A DNA stretch of 64,000 nt from positions 387,896-451,895 of the forward strand of contig OZ245755.1 of NCBI GenBank assembly GCA_965227345.1, in the 5' to 3' direction. Each line of letters opens with the position of its first letter. The stretch's first letter is position 1. This stretch comes from Sphingomonadales bacterium. Lineage in GTDB: Bacteria; Pseudomonadota; Alphaproteobacteria; Sphingomonadales; G965227345. Made by a program: the position numbers and the translations under genes. Positions 29,199-40,301 of the stretch are shown here, piece after piece. The notes below the pieces were generated by a model. It was not told where the DNA came from and ran no database searches. It saw only the letters and a program-made list of their open reading frames with translations.

Positions 29199-30755
29199 AT
29201 GGTTCAGAGGGTGAGAGACCTCCTGTTATTACTTTTTTTAGCGGTCGGCATGTACACGCCTTCTCTACTTTCCCCTTCGGCATCTCTTGCCCAGACAAAT
29301 ACTCCCCCAACTATTGACGAACGAATAAATACAGCCATTGCCCCCGTCTCGGACGCGATTACCGGTTTCGTTTTCTATTCCATTGACATTGATGGCACGG
29401 CATTACCGCTGATTGTCGTCTGGCTGGTCATCGCGGCCACAATATTCACCGTTTATATGGGCTTCATCAGTATACGTGGCTTTCGCCAATCTATCCGTAT
29501 TGTACGCGGGGATTACACCGACCCTGATGCCGCAGGCGAAGTCAGCCATTTTCAGGCGCTGACAGCCGCCTTGTCCGGCACTGTTGGTCTGGGCAATATC
29601 GCGGGCGTCGCCGTTGCCGTCTCCCTTGGTGGTCCCGGTGCGACCTTCTGGATGATTGTGGCAGGCATACTCGGCATGACAACCAAATTTGTCGAATGTA
29701 CGCTGGGTGTCAAATATCGGAAGATCAACGCCGACGGCAGCGTTTCCGGTGGGCCCATGTATTACCTGAAACGCGGCCTGGCAGAGCTTGGCCTTCAAAA
29801 AACCGGCAAGGTGCTGGCGATCATGTTTGCTGTGTGCTGCATTGGCGGCTCATTTGGTGGCGGCAACATGTTTCAGGCAAATCAGGCATTTCAACAAATT
29901 GAGGCGGCAACTGGCGGAGCCTCCGGCATATTCTATGAACGGGGCTGGATATTTGGCCTGATCATGGCTGCTCTGGTCGCTTTGGTCATCCTTGGCGGGA
30001 TCAAGTCCATTGCGAATGTAACATCAAAGCTGGTGCCCTTCATGTGTGGCGTTTATGTTTTAACGGCTGTCGTCATCATTTTGGGCAATATCGGCCATGT
30101 TCCTGAAGCATTCCTTATCATCATCGAGGGCGCCTTCTCGCCCACAGCAGTTGAAGGCGGCATCATCGGCGTCCTTATCCAGGGCTTCCGTCGAGCGGCG
30201 TTCTCAAACGAGGCGGGCGTTGGTTCAGCTGCCATTGCCCACTCTGCTGTCCACACGAAAGAGCCGGTGACAGAAGGCTTTGTTGCCTTGCTTGAACCAT
30301 TCATTGATACTGTCGTGGTCTGCACCATGACCGCCCTGGTGATTGTTATCACAGATTCTTACCTGATCAGGGATCTGGACGGTGTCAGCCTCACCTCTCA
30401 TGCTTTTGCCACATCGTTTTCATGGTTTCCAACCATCCTGTCGATTGCAGTTGTCCTGTTTGCTTTCTCAACAATGATTACATGGTCATATTATGGCCTT
30501 AAAGCATGGACATATTTGTTCGGAGATACAAGGCGTTCAGAGGTTACCTATAAAACCATGTTCTGTACCTTTACGGTTATCGGTTCTTCCATGACGCTCG
30601 GCAAGGTTATCGACTTTTCCGACGCCATGATTTTTGCCATGTCACTGCCCAATGTTATTGGTCTTTATATTTTGGCTCCAACCGTAAAACGTGAACTGAA
30701 GTCGTATCTTGCACGTATAAATTCAGGTGAGATAAAAAGCAGCAAGGCTGTTTGA
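29199..30755 (+). CDS. Alanine/glycine:cation symporter (AGCS family)
   Basis: [52 protein letters not shown]. Confidence 0.95.
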   Translation: MVQRVRDLLLLLFLAVGMYTPSLLSPSASLAQTNTPPTIDERINTAIAPVSDAITGFVFYSIDIDGTALPLIVVWLVIAATIFTVYMGFISIRGFRQSIRIVRGDYTDPDAAGEVSHFQALTAALSGTVGLGNIAGVAVAVSLGGPGATFWMIVAGILGMTTKFVECTLGVKYRKINADGSVSGGPMYYLKRGLAELGLQKTGKVLAIMFAVCCIGGSFGGGNMFQANQAFQQIEAATGGASGIFYERGWIFGLIMAALVALVILGGIKSIANVTSKLVPFMCGVYVLTAVVIILGNIGHVPEAFLIIIEGAFSPTAVEGGIIGVLIQGFRRAAFSNEAGVGSAAIAHSAVHTKEPVTEGFVALLEPFIDTVVVCTMTALVIVITDSYLIRDLDGVSLTSHAFATSFSWFPTILSIAVVLFAFSTMITWSYYGLKAWTYLFGDTRRSEVTYKTMFCTFTVIGSSMTLGKVIDFSDAMIFAMSLPNVIGLYILAPTVKRELKSYLARINSGEIKSSKAV

Positions 30756-30777
30756 ATTAAAAATCAGGAAGTGAGTA

Positions 30778-31173
30778 ATGTACCTTAATATATCCCGCAT
30801 ATTCGCAATTGGTATTCTGGCACTAGGCAGCGTGACGTTCGCATCCGTCTCTCACGCCGAAGGCGACGCGGCAAAAGGCAAAAAACTGTTCAATCGTTGC
30901 AAGGCCTGCCATACCCTGGAAAATGGCGGTGCCAATCGCACAGGCCCAAACCTGCATGGCCTTTTCGGGTCCACAGCCGGTACACATGAGGGATATAAAT
31001 CCTATTCTGACGCCCTGAAATCATCTGGCGTGGTCTGGACCGAAGAAACCATCGACAAATGGATTGAAAACCCCAGAACCTTTATCCCCGGTTCAAAAAT
31101 GATTTTTGTTGGCCTGAGAAAACCTGAGCAACGTGCTGATATTATTGCTTATCTCAAAGAAGCAACGAAATAA
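30778..31173 (+). CDS. Cytochrome c2 (class I)
   Basis: Signal peptide, [30 protein letters not shown]. Confidence 0.93.
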   Translation: MYLNISRIFAIGILALGSVTFASVSHAEGDAAKGKKLFNRCKACHTLENGGANRTGPNLHGLFGSTAGTHEGYKSYSDALKSSGVVWTEETIDKWIENPRTFIPGSKMIFVGLRKPEQRADIIAYLKEATK

Positions 31174-31186
31174 CCCGGAGGCCCCC

Positions 31187-31897
31187 ATGCGCCCGCAATT
31201 ACCTGTACGATTATTCCATACACTTTCAGCTGCGCTGATTTTCATGTCCCTCAGCGCAGGCGGCAGTCTGGCCGCAACAGAGGCCCCCTCACCTGAAGCG
31301 GCCGAGGCATACATTGACACAATGGCGAATGAGGCACTGGCCATACTGAAAGATGAGTCCCTGACGACAGCGGAACGGAAAAGCAAGCTGTCCGGCCTGA
31401 TGAAGCAGGAAGTCCAGCTGGATTATATTGGCAAACTGGCACTGGGACGGTACAATCGGGCACCGGCAAACCTGTCTCCTGTACAACAGGAGGAATTCAA
31501 AGCCAAAATTCAGGAATACCGCGCCCTGTTCCCCGATTTTGCTTTCGAGAAAATGTATAATCTGGTGCTTGATGACCTGAATAACTCCACGCTGGAGGTG
31601 ATTTCAGCAACGCAGATCCGCAAGACCGACACGATGGTCAACACGAAAATTACGCGGCCAGGCAAGGAATCCATTGTCGCGGATTGGCGTGTCAGGGCAA
31701 ATTCAGATGGCGATTTAAAAATTGTTGATGTTGTCGCAGAGGGCATCAGCCTGACTGTTACACAGCGCGATGATTTTTCGACCACGGCGGCAGAAGGTGG
31801 CATTGACAAGGTGATTACCTCCATGCGCCAGATTCTGCCCGCAGAAGCCGCTGAAACTGTTGGCGAACCGGATTCAATTCCGGGAAGCACGAACTAG
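31187..31897 (+). CDS. MlaC/Ttg2D-family periplasmic phospholipid-binding protein
   Basis: Signal peptide, IGKLALGRY, DWRV...KIVDVVAEGISLTVTQRDDF. Confidence 0.85.
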   Translation: MRPQLPVRLFHTLSAALIFMSLSAGGSLAATEAPSPEAAEAYIDTMANEALAILKDESLTTAERKSKLSGLMKQEVQLDYIGKLALGRYNRAPANLSPVQQEEFKAKIQEYRALFPDFAFEKMYNLVLDDLNNSTLEVISATQIRKTDTMVNTKITRPGKESIVADWRVRANSDGDLKIVDVVAEGISLTVTQRDDFSTTAAEGGIDKVITSMRQILPAEAAETVGEPDSIPGSTN

Positions 31898-31984
31898 CGT
31901 CACGGATAGACCCGATACATCAAGCCCCTCTTGCATCCATAATTGCAAAGCGCTAAAAGCCTCCTCATGTTCCATATAAGCAGT

Positions 31985-32061
31985 CGGGGAGTGGCGCAGT
32001 CTGGTAGCGCACCTCGTTCGGGACGAGGGGGTCGGAGGTTCGAATCCTCTCTCCCCGACCA
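31985..32061 (+). tRNA. tRNA-Pro (anticodon CGG)
   Basis: CGGGGAG/CTCCCCG acceptor stem, D-loop CAGTCTGGTAG, anticodon arm CCTCG-TTCGGGA-CGAGG, GGTTCGAATCC T-arm, encoded CCA. Confidence 0.97.
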
Positions 32062-32092
32062 TTAGAGTTTTTTGTCCCCGGATTATTATCTT

Positions 32093-32374
32093 ATGCAACA
32101 GCTCCTCGTTATTTTCATTACCGTCTTCCTGGCCGAGCTTGGTGACAAGACCCAGCTCGCAACACTGCTTTTCGCTACAGATAAACAGCACAGCCCGTAT
32201 ATGATTTTTGCAGCAGCGGCACTGGCGCTGGTCGCTTCGACCGCCATTGCCGTCGCCCTCGGTACAATGGCAGAACGTTACCTGACCATGATCCCCCTTA
32301 AGCTGATTGCGGGGATTGGCTTCATTCTGATCGGAAGCTGGACAGTCTGGGGACATTTTACCTCTGCAAGCTAG
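32093..32374 (+). CDS. Half-size TMEM165/GDT1 (UPF0016) cation transporter
   Basis: Single [13 protein letters not shown] motif and three TMs. Confidence 0.85.
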   Translation: MQQLLVIFITVFLAELGDKTQLATLLFATDKQHSPYMIFAAAALALVASTAIAVALGTMAERYLTMIPLKLIAGIGFILIGSWTVWGHFTSAS

Positions 32375-32478
32375 CAGAAATGTGAATTCCTAAGACACCG
32401 AAGAATGTGTATAATGCCTGCCTAGGGAGTGGAGAAAGTTTCGGGGATATTCTTCGGAACATTCAACCGCGAGGTATT

Positions 32479-32889
32479 ATGATGATTACATTATTTAAGT
32501 CCGCCTTTACCACCACAGCGTTACTGACCGTCATGGCCGTATCGGCCCATGCCGCTGAAGACAAGGCAGCAGGTGAAGCCCGGGCCACAGAAAATTGCAT
32601 CAGTCTGGCTCACATAGACCGCAGTGAAGTGATTGATGATCGCACGATCCTGTTTCACATGAAGGGCGACAAGATATGGCAGAACAAGCTGCCCCATCGT
32701 TGTTTTGGCCTAAAGTTCGAGGATGGCTTTGGCTATGCAACCTCTCTTTCGCAGCTGTGCAGTACTGATATTATTACCGTTCTGAACAGGGGCACAAAGT
32801 GCGGGCTGGGACAGTTTACTGAATATACCAAAGAAGATCAGGAAAAGGCAGAAAAAGCCAAGGCTGAGAAATCGAAATCTAATAAATAA
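32479..32889 (+). CDS. Secreted Cys-containing protein (DUF6491-like)
   Basis: Signal peptide, CISLAHI...VIDDRTILF...CFGL...LCSTDII...CGLGQF. Confidence 0.7.
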   Translation: MMITLFKSAFTTTALLTVMAVSAHAAEDKAAGEARATENCISLAHIDRSEVIDDRTILFHMKGDKIWQNKLPHRCFGLKFEDGFGYATSLSQLCSTDIITVLNRGTKCGLGQFTEYTKEDQEKAEKAKAEKSKSNK

Positions 32890-32910
32890 GGTTTTGAATC
32901 ACGGCATCAG

Positions 32911-32947
32911 AAAAGCCCGGCAGGAACTCTTGCCGGGTTTTTATTTT
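32911..32947 (+). terminator. Intrinsic terminator
   Basis: AAGCCCGGCAGG-loop-CTTGCCGGGTTT followed by TTATTTT. Confidence 0.85.
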
Positions 32948-33050
32948 GACCTATGCCCTTGGTGATAAAAAAAAGCTCATTATTGGCGTCCATTTAATAT
33001 TTTTTTCACCATTCCCGAAGATACTGAACAGGTATTAAACGGGGGGCATC

Positions 33051-33239
33051 ATGTTCAGGAAATGGTTTGTCAAAAGCAGGGAATCATCACATACCGAAGG
33101 GCCCTCGCCAATCGATACAGTCCCGGCACCTTCGGGTTTCAGACCACCGCGAACATTGGCACACTTAAACGAGGATGACGCCAGATTTCACCCGAAATCA
33201 GAAGAGGACATCATTTCCGCCGCCCGCTCCATCAGCTAA
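33051..33239 (+). CDS. Small hypothetical protein (62 aa)
   Basis: G-rich RBS; fills the intergenic gap; CtrA-like site at 32994-33012. Confidence 0.45.
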   Translation: MFRKWFVKSRESSHTEGPSPIDTVPAPSGFRPPRTLAHLNEDDARFHPKSEEDIISAARSIS

Positions 33240-33317
33240 TGACCAACTCTTGACAGATCTGGCGGAAACGGGCTTCATGAGGCCAGATCACGTCAAACAA
33301 ATCGAAATAGCACCGCG

Positions 33318-33539
33318 ATGAAAAAAACATATGAAGCAGCAATCTTTAATCAACACGTTCGCGATCTGGTTGCCGTCGGAGACCAGCACGAAGATTTTAT
33401 CGATAGCTGGGCCGATGCGCATTATATTGAGGTAAAGGCAGAATCGGAAGAAGAAGCCCGCAGCATATTAGAGCGGCGCTACCCAAAGGCCCAAGGCTTT
33501 GTTTTAACAGACATATTCGCACATAAAGAGTTCGACTGA
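33318..33539 (+). CDS. Small hypothetical protein (73 aa)
   Basis: Globular-looking YEAAIFNQHVR...WAD...IEVKAESEEEAR...RYPKAQGFV. Confidence 0.7.
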   Translation: MKKTYEAAIFNQHVRDLVAVGDQHEDFIDSWADAHYIEVKAESEEEARSILERRYPKAQGFVLTDIFAHKEFD

Positions 33540-33569
33540 CAGCGGGCGGACCAGGCGCCCCCTCCTCAT

Positions 33570-35789
33570 TTAACTGAATTTGTTCCCTCGGGGGAAACCT
33601 GCAGGCGGCATGCGCCCGGCAGCGCCGCGCTTGCCCATCCATGTCGTCAGATCGGTTTCAGTTCTGGTTTTCTCGCCAATTTTCCATGTCAGCCCTTCAG
33701 CCATCGTGAAGGTTTTAATGTCGCTAATGCCTCCATCGCGATATTTCTGCAAAGTGACACCACCGCCCCGGTTCATGACCGGCAATTGATCCAGAGGGAA
33801 GACCAGAAGCTTGCGGTTCTGCCCCACAACAGCAACTGCATCCCCATTCACGGGCACGCACAGGGCAGCTCGGCCCTTATCGGGCACATTCATCACCTGG
33901 CGCCCATTGCGGGTTGATGCCACAACCTTGTCAGCCTCGACAATGAAACCTTTCCCGGCCTCTGTAGCCAGCAACAAGCGGGATTCCGGTCGATACACAA
34001 ACAGGTCAACGATATGATCATCATTGCCAAAGTCAATCATCAGGCGCACAGGCTCGCCATGCCCTCGCCCGCCCGGCAGCTTGTCGCAGGCCAGGGTAAA
34101 TATCTTGCCATTACTTGCAAACAGCAGCACCTTGTCCGTCGTATAGGCATGAAAAACAAACCTGCCCTCATCACCTTCCTTGTATTTGAACTCCTCGGAG
34201 GTGTTTACATGGCCTTTCACGGCCCGTATCCAGCCCTTCTGGGAACAAACAACCGTGACAGGCTCTTTCTCTATCATGGCCTCCAGCGGCACAATTTCGA
34301 TATCCGGCGTATCGGCAAAGCTTGACCGCCGACGTCCAAGTTCAGTTTTGGCCCCAAACTTTTCCTTGATTTCGCGGATACCGTTGGAAACGGCCTCCCA
34401 CTGCTTTTCTTCGCTGGCAATCAACCGCAGGAGTTCCAGCCGTTCTGCATCAAGTGAATCATGCTCCTTGCGAATTTCGAACTCTTCCAGCTTGCGCAAT
34501 GACCGCAAACGCATATTCAGAATGGACTCGGCCTGCAGGTCGGTCAGGTCAAACTTTTTCATCATAACCTGTTTGGGTTCATCCTCTTCCCGGATAATCC
34601 TGATCACTTCATCCAGATTAAGGTAGGCAATCAGATATCCGCCCAATACCTCCAGCCGGTGTTCAACCTTGCCCAGCCTGTGCTGCGCCCGACGAACGGT
34701 CACAACCTGCCGATGGTTCAGAAATGCCTGCAGAACTTCCCGCAATGGCATAACCTTGGGCGTGTGATCCGCGTCCAGAACATTCATATTCAACGATATA
34801 CGAACTTCAAGTTCGGTGTGCTTGAACAATGCCTCCATCAGGACGGCAGCATCCACAGACCGCGCCCGGGGTTCAAGCACCAGCCGGACGACATCGGTTG
34901 ATTCGTCCCGCACGTCCTGAAGGATAGGAATTTTCTTGTTCCCGATCAGGTCGGCAATTTTTTCAATCAGCTTTGACTTCTGGACCTGATAGGGAATTTC
35001 CGTCACGACAATCTGATATTGTCCGCGGCCGGTTTCTTCTATTTCCCAGCGCGCGCGCAACCGAAAACTGCCCCGGCCTGTCGCATAGGAATTAACGATT
35101 GATTCCTTTGACTCAACGATAATCCCGCCGGTAGGGAAATCCGGCCCGGGAATGCGATTCGCCAGCTGTGTCGGCGATGCCTCGGGGTGGCGTAGCAGAT
35201 ATAAAAGACCGTCGCAAACTTCCGACACGTTGTGAGGAGGAATACTGGTGGCCATACCCACCGCAATCCCTGTTGCCCCATTGGCCAGCAGGTTGGGAAA
35301 GGCTGACGGAAGCAGGACCGGTTCTTCTTCTTCGCCATCATATGTGGTCCGAAAATCAACCGCATCCTCATCCAGACCATCCAGAAGGGATTTGGCAACT
35401 TCGGTCAGGCGGGCTTCCGTATACCGCATGGCCGCGGCGTTATCGCCATCAATATTGCCAAAGTTCCCCTGCCCGTCGACAAGCGGATAGCGCACTGCAA
35501 ATTCCTGCGCCAGACGCACTAGCGCATCATAGACCGATTGATCGCCGTGAGGGTGATACTTACCAATGACATCACCAACCACACGCGCACATTTTTTAAA
35601 GCCGGTATTCGGATCAAGCTTCAACAAATGCATGGCGTATAAAAGCCGTCGGTGAACCGGCTTCAGGCCATCCCGCACATCCGGCAGGGACCGCGACATG
35701 ATGGTTGACAGGGCATAGGACAAATAACGGTCACTCAGGGCACTCTTGAGTGGCGCTTCAATGATATTTTCTGCGAATTCTGTACTCAT
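33570..35789 (-). CDS. parC: DNA topoisomerase IV subunit A
   Basis: [43 protein letters not shown]; short CTD without a GyrA box. Confidence 0.95.
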   Translation of the reverse strand: MSTEFAENIIEAPLKSALSDRYLSYALSTIMSRSLPDVRDGLKPVHRRLLYAMHLLKLDPNTGFKKCARVVGDVIGKYHPHGDQSVYDALVRLAQEFAVRYPLVDGQGNFGNIDGDNAAAMRYTEARLTEVAKSLLDGLDEDAVDFRTTYDGEEEEPVLLPSAFPNLLANGATGIAVGMATSIPPHNVSEVCDGLLYLLRHPEASPTQLANRIPGPDFPTGGIIVESKESIVNSYATGRGSFRLRARWEIEETGRGQYQIVVTEIPYQVQKSKLIEKIADLIGNKKIPILQDVRDESTDVVRLVLEPRARSVDAAVLMEALFKHTELEVRISLNMNVLDADHTPKVMPLREVLQAFLNHRQVVTVRRAQHRLGKVEHRLEVLGGYLIAYLNLDEVIRIIREEDEPKQVMMKKFDLTDLQAESILNMRLRSLRKLEEFEIRKEHDSLDAERLELLRLIASEEKQWEAVSNGIREIKEKFGAKTELGRRRSSFADTPDIEIVPLEAMIEKEPVTVVCSQKGWIRAVKGHVNTSEEFKYKEGDEGRFVFHAYTTDKVLLFASNGKIFTLACDKLPGGRGHGEPVRLMIDFGNDDHIVDLFVYRPESRLLLATEAGKGFIVEADKVVASTRNGRQVMNVPDKGRAALCVPVNGDAVAVVGQNRKLLVFPLDQLPVMNRGGGVTLQKYRDGGISDIKTFTMAEGLTWKIGEKTRTETDLTTWMGKRGAAGRMPPAGFPRGNKFS

Positions 35790-35820
35790 GCGCGTAATAT
35801 AGCAGCTTTCGTCAGCAGGG

Positions 35821-35836
35821 CTACAACATCTGGTGG
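35821..35836. promoter_or_regulatory. NrdR-box-like palindrome upstream of parC
   Basis: CTACAACATCTGGTGG (reverse CCACCAGATGTTGTAG) fits the acaCwAtATaTwGtgt pattern. Confidence 0.55.
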
Positions 35837-35843
35837 GTAAAAT

Positions 35844-36575
35844 TCAGATTTTTTTTGCCAGATAGTTAATCATCCGCTGTCGCGCATCCGGCAAGCTCTT
35901 CCCGTTTGGCTCCAGCATATGTTTATCAATGAAATAGCCCGTCAGCTTCAGGCCGGCCAACACGTCTTCAATCTCTGGCATGGACGATTCACGTCGCGTC
36001 AGAAAAGCCGGCAATGGCAGTAGCATATTTTTATAAGGCTCGCCGGCAACATCGCTGACTGCCGCGCCGGACCTGGGTGAAACGTAAACCAGATTATCGG
36101 TACCGCCCGTCCCGGCACATTTGGACAGATCAAGCCCAAAGCCCAACTCGTCGAGCAGACCCAGCTCCCATCTGACCAGTACAGCGCCCCAGTAAGCCTG
36201 ATCTTGCTCCAATGCATCCAGAACGGCCAACAGTCCCTCATACAACGGTTTATGGCTTTGCCGTTCAGCCAGTGTAACAGAGGCCAGCGTACAAATGGAC
36301 AACAAGGCTGAAAGTTTGTCCGGTTCTGCCAGAAAGGTTGCTGACCGGCTGCGCAACGGCTCCAGCGAATATGTCCCAAGGTGCGCATCAAGCCTGGCGC
36401 GCCACAACAAGTCTACCTCGTTTCCAGCCTGTAAAATCCCGCGATGACGGCGGCCTGCACCTCCCTTGACCACCCCGCTATGGCGGCCATGTTCAGCCGT
36501 CAGTGCTTCCACGATGGCATCATTCTCACCCAGACGGCGAACATTTAGAATAATGCCGGCATCGCGCCATTCCAT
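35844..36575 (-). CDS. recO: DNA repair protein RecO
   Basis: MEWRDAGIIL, WRARL, ELGLLDELGFGLDLSKCA, YVSPRSG; follows era. Confidence 0.95.
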   Translation of the reverse strand: MEWRDAGIILNVRRLGENDAIVEALTAEHGRHSGVVKGGAGRRHRGILQAGNEVDLLWRARLDAHLGTYSLEPLRSRSATFLAEPDKLSALLSICTLASVTLAERQSHKPLYEGLLAVLDALEQDQAYWGAVLVRWELGLLDELGFGLDLSKCAGTGGTDNLVYVSPRSGAAVSDVAGEPYKNMLLPLPAFLTRRESSMPEIEDVLAGLKLTGYFIDKHMLEPNGKSLPDARQRMINYLAKKI

Positions 36576-36598
36576 GAATTCCTGCCCTTTCAGCGCAG

Positions 36599-37516
36599 TC
36601 AGTCAACGTAATCAAGGCCGATCTCGCGATAGCGTTCGCGATCTTCCGCCCAGCCATCCCTGACCTTGACGAACAGAAACAAATGAACCCGGCGCCCAAA
36701 TGCCTGCTCCATCTCGGTGCGGGCCTGTGCACCCATCAGCTTCAGCATGCGTCCGCCCTTGCCGATGAATATCTTTTTCTGGCTTTCCCGCTGGATAAAA
36801 ATGACCTGCTGGATCCGAACACTGCCATCCTTTTTCTCTTCCCACTGTTCGGTCTCAACGGTGGAAGCGTATGGCAGTTCTTCATGCAAATTGAGATAAA
36901 TTTTCTCTCGCGTGATTTCTGCGGCCATATGGCGCATCGGCGCATCCGTCAACTGGTCTTCCGGGTAATGCCAGGGGCCGGTTGGTACAGTCTTTGCCAA
37001 ATGCTGGCGCAAATCATCAACACCGTATCCTTTAAGTGCCGAGATCATAAATGTGTCTGAAATCTGCGCCATGGCATTTATTTCCGACGAAAGTTCCAGC
37101 AATGTCTCCTTGCTGACAGAATCGATCTTGTTCAGCGCCAGAATGGCTGTCACCCCGGCCTCTTTCAAACCCGCCAGTATAGTCCTTGTATCACCGTCAA
37201 TGCCGCGCGAGGCATCCACCAGCACCACAACAATATCCGCGTCCGAAGCCCCGGCCCATGCCGCCGATACCATGGCCCTGTCAAGACGTCGGCGCGGCTG
37301 GAAAATGCCCGGGGTGTCCACAAAGATGATCTGTGCATCGTCTTCGACACAAATACCCAGAAGCCGGGTGCGCGTCGTCTGCACCTTATGCGTGACAATC
37401 GCTATTTTGGTGCCCACTAGCTGGTTCATCAGCGTCGACTTGCCTGCATTTGGCGCCCCGACAAGGGCAACAAAACCGCATCTCGTCGCCTGATCAGAAT
37501 TCTCTTCCTGCGTCAT
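36599..37516 (-). CDS. era: GTPase Era
   Basis: GAPNAGKSTL, QTTR, DTPG, NKID, KH domain. Confidence 0.97.
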   Translation of the reverse strand: MTQEENSDQATRCGFVALVGAPNAGKSTLMNQLVGTKIAIVTHKVQTTRTRLLGICVEDDAQIIFVDTPGIFQPRRRLDRAMVSAAWAGASDADIVVVLVDASRGIDGDTRTILAGLKEAGVTAILALNKIDSVSKETLLELSSEINAMAQISDTFMISALKGYGVDDLRQHLAKTVPTGPWHYPEDQLTDAPMRHMAAEITREKIYLNLHEELPYASTVETEQWEEKKDGSVRIQQVIFIQRESQKKIFIGKGGRMLKLMGAQARTEMEQAFGRRVHLFLFVKVRDGWAEDRERYREIGLDYVD

Positions 37517-38220
37517 TTCTGCTGTACCATTTCCAACATTGCTTCTGCGGCAGCCTGTTCGGCAGCGCGTTTTGATGATCCTTTGGCTTCAACCGGAGAA
37601 TGATTTTCAACAATCACCTCGACGGTAAAAATTGGCTGATGATCGGGACCGGTCCGATCTTTCTTCCGATATACAGGCGCTGGCAAACCCATACCCTGAA
37701 CCCATTCCTGAAGCATCGATTTGGCATCTTTTCGGGCCGTTGTTTTGTCTGCCAGCATATCCTGCCAGTTTTTCACAACAAATTTTGCCGCAACATCAAG
37801 ACCGCCATCCAGAAACATCGCGCCGATCAGGGCTTCACAGACATCAGCCAAAATAGCTTCCCGGCCCCTGCCGCTTTTATCCTCTGCACTCGACGACATG
37901 CGAATAAACGGATAAAGCCCGATACTCTCTGCGACATCTGCCAATGCTTCCTTGCGGACAAGGGCGGCCAGTCTGACAGCCAGTCCCCCTTCTTTTACAT
38001 TGGGATATGTTTTGAACAAAAGTTCCGCAATTGCCAGCCCCAGAACGCGATCACCAACAAATTCCAGCCGCTGGTAATGGTTGCCACCGTCCAGGCTTGG
38101 ATGGGTAAGCGCCTGCATAGCCAGTGCCGGCTCGATAAACCGGTATCCAAGAATTTTATACAGGGGATCGAGATGCTTATCCTGTCTGTTCACGTCTTGC
38201 TGACCAGGTCTTTGAACCAT
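37513..38220 (-). CDS. rnc: Ribonuclease III
   Basis: ALTHPS, YQRLEFVGDRVLGL, DVCEALIGA, dsRBD; start at 38220 (or GTG at 38193). Confidence 0.95.
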   Translation of the reverse strand: MVQRPGQQDVNRQDKHLDPLYKILGYRFIEPALAMQALTHPSLDGGNHYQRLEFVGDRVLGLAIAELLFKTYPNVKEGGLAVRLAALVRKEALADVAESIGLYPFIRMSSSAEDKSGRGREAILADVCEALIGAMFLDGGLDVAAKFVVKNWQDMLADKTTARKDAKSMLQEWVQGMGLPAPVYRKKDRTGPDHQPIFTVEVIVENHSPVEAKGSSKRAAEQAAAEAMLEMVQQK

Positions 38221-39020
38221 TACTCGGAAATTGTCTGGAATATGCGACTGCCCCGGGTTGCCTGAAACCATTTCCAGAATTCCCATAAACGGGCTTCGCC
38301 ATTGGTTGAAAAGGCAATAATTTCGGCCCGTCCCACCAGATTTTCCGCAGGCACATAGCCCACACCGGTTCCACTTGGAAAGCGGCTGTCCTGCGAATTA
38401 TCGCGATTGTCTCCCAGCGCGAAATAGCTGTTGGCCGGAACCCGGAAAACCTGCGTATTGTCTTTGTCCGCGCCATCATAAAGATCAAGCGTCAGATAGG
38501 AAACACCATTGGGCAGCGTCTCGCGATATTGTCTGGCCCGACGTTCGCCGACATTGGGATCATTATTGACAAAATCATCCACTTTTTCCCGCGTGACCGG
38601 CTGCTCGTTGATATACAGCACACCGTCACGCATCTGCAGACGATCCCCCGGAAGCCCGAGAATCCGCTTGATATAATCTGTCTTGCCATCCCGTGGCAAT
38701 TTGAACACAACAACGTCACCGCGCTTGACGTCGCTTTCCATGATGCGTCCGTCGAAAAGCGGCAACCCGAACGGGAAGGAATATCGGCTGTAACCATAAG
38801 AATATTTCGACACAAACAGATAATCGCCCACCAGCAAGGTCGGCAACATGGATTCGGACGGGATATTGAAGGGTTGATAGGCAAAACTTCTGAAAACCAG
38901 CGCAATAACCAGCGCAAAGAATATTGTCCGGATGGTTTCGAACAAATCATCACCGTCTTCTTTTTTGGTGCCAGTCTCTGCACTCGGCTCTGCTTCAGTC
39001 TTGCTCATGCCTTCACTCAT
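38220..39020 (-). CDS. lepB: Signal peptidase I
   Basis: IPSESMLPTL, DYIKR, GDNRDNSQDSR. Confidence 0.96.
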   Translation of the reverse strand: MSEGMSKTEAEPSAETGTKKEDGDDLFETIRTIFFALVIALVFRSFAYQPFNIPSESMLPTLLVGDYLFVSKYSYGYSRYSFPFGLPLFDGRIMESDVKRGDVVVFKLPRDGKTDYIKRILGLPGDRLQMRDGVLYINEQPVTREKVDDFVNNDPNVGERRARQYRETLPNGVSYLTLDLYDGADKDNTQVFRVPANSYFALGDNRDNSQDSRFPSGTGVGYVPAENLVGRAEIIAFSTNGEARLWEFWKWFQATRGSRIFQTISE

Positions 39021-39089
39021 AAATTTTTCCTTTGGAAACCGCAACCGGAATAGGCTCAGGACCTGGCCAAAAAGTCAAGATAAATGCCT

Positions 39090-39494
39090 TCAGCCGGCCG
39101 GCACAGCGGTGATTAGTACAATTGCCTGCGCCCAGGGATGATCATCCGTAATCGTCAGATCAATCTGCGCTGCCATGTTCTCGGGCGTAATTTCCTTCAA
39201 TCGGGCCAGTGCGCCACCCGTTAGCGCAAGGGTTGGACGTCCGGAAGCCAGATTGATCACCCCCATATCCCGCCAGAATACCCCCCGCCTGAACCCTGTT
39301 CCCAATGCCTTGGCACAAGCTTCTTTCGCTGCAAAGCGTTTTGCATAACTGGCAATACGCCCGGCCCGCCGATCAGATTTCTCGCGTTCGATTTCGGTAT
39401 AAATACGCGCGATAAAGCGATCCCCGAAACGATTAATCGACTGTTCTATCCGGCGAATGTCGATAATGTCATTGCCCAACCCCAGAACCGTCAT
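39090..39494 (-). CDS. acpS: Holo-ACP synthase
   Basis: [29 protein letters not shown]. Confidence 0.96.
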   Translation of the reverse strand: MTVLGLGNDIIDIRRIEQSINRFGDRFIARIYTEIEREKSDRRAGRIASYAKRFAAKEACAKALGTGFRRGVFWRDMGVINLASGRPTLALTGGALARLKEITPENMAAQIDLTITDDHPWAQAIVLITAVPAG

Positions 39495-39512
39495 CTCATC
39501 GTCTCCAGCCCA

Positions 39513-40301
39513 TTACCCATGACGTCGTTCCCCGCCTTCGGTCCGCGCCTTCATCATCAGGTGGAGCATCCGCTGCACGCTCGTCTCCAACCCTTCCATA
39601 ATCGCTTCACCAATCAGGAAGTGGCCGATATTTAACTCACGGATTTGGGGAATAGCTGCAATCGGCCCCACGGTATCATAAGCCAGACCATGTCCGGCGT
39701 GAACTTCCAGGCCCAAAGACGTTGCGTAAGCTGCCGCATCAACAATGCGTGCCAGTTCCGTCTCACGGGCAGCCCCCTGCACGTTGCAATAGGCCCCGGT
39801 ATGCAATTCAACCTGTTGTGCGCCAAGTGACTTGCAAGCGTCTATTTGAGCCCGGTCCGGGTCTATAAAAAATGTCACCAGAATACCAGCCGCCTTCAAT
39901 TCCAAAACATAAGGCTTCAGAACAGCCTGAGCACCGACAACATCCAGCCCGCCTTCTGTTGTCAGTTCCTCACGCTTTTCCGGCACCATGCAACAGGCGT
40001 TTGGCTTGTGGCGCAGGGCAATTTCCAGCATTTCAGCTGTCGCAGCCATCTCAAGGTTCAGCGGCAGCTCTATTTCCCGGCTTAGACGCGCGATATCATG
40101 GTCAGAAATATGACGCCGGTCTTCGCGCAGGTGCGCCGTAATGCCATCTGCCCCTGCCTTGGCTGCCAGCACTGCCGCGCGAACCGGATCAGGGTGATGG
40201 CCACCCCTTGCATTTCTGATGGTTGCCACATGATCAATGTTAACGCCCAGACGCAAGGGAGGGCACATGGCAGACTTGCCGGAATGATTAATTGTCGACA
40301 T
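39513..40301 (-). CDS. pdxJ: Pyridoxine 5'-phosphate synthase
   Basis: [37 protein letters not shown]; exact start uncertain. Confidence 0.96.
   Translation of the reverse strand: MSTINHSGKSAMCPPLRLGVNIDHVATIRNARGGHHPDPVRAAVLAAKAGADGITAHLREDRRHISDHDIARLSREIELPLNLEMAATAEMLEIALRHKPNACCMVPEKREELTTEGGLDVVGAQAVLKPYVLELKAAGILVTFFIDPDRAQIDACKSLGAQQVELHTGAYCNVQGAARETELARIVDAAAYATSLGLEVHAGHGLAYDTVGPIAAIPQIRELNIGHFLIGEAIMEGLETSVQRMLHLMMKARTEGGERRHG

Noticed and set aside
31874-32356. 160-aa minus-strand ORF
   Set aside because: It spans the tRNA and the GDT1 gene in antisense; [11 protein letters not shown] is the typical reverse translation of a tRNA.
31985-33569. tRNA-Pro as an island integration site
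   Set aside because: No integrase and no duplicated tRNA 3' end spotted downstream.
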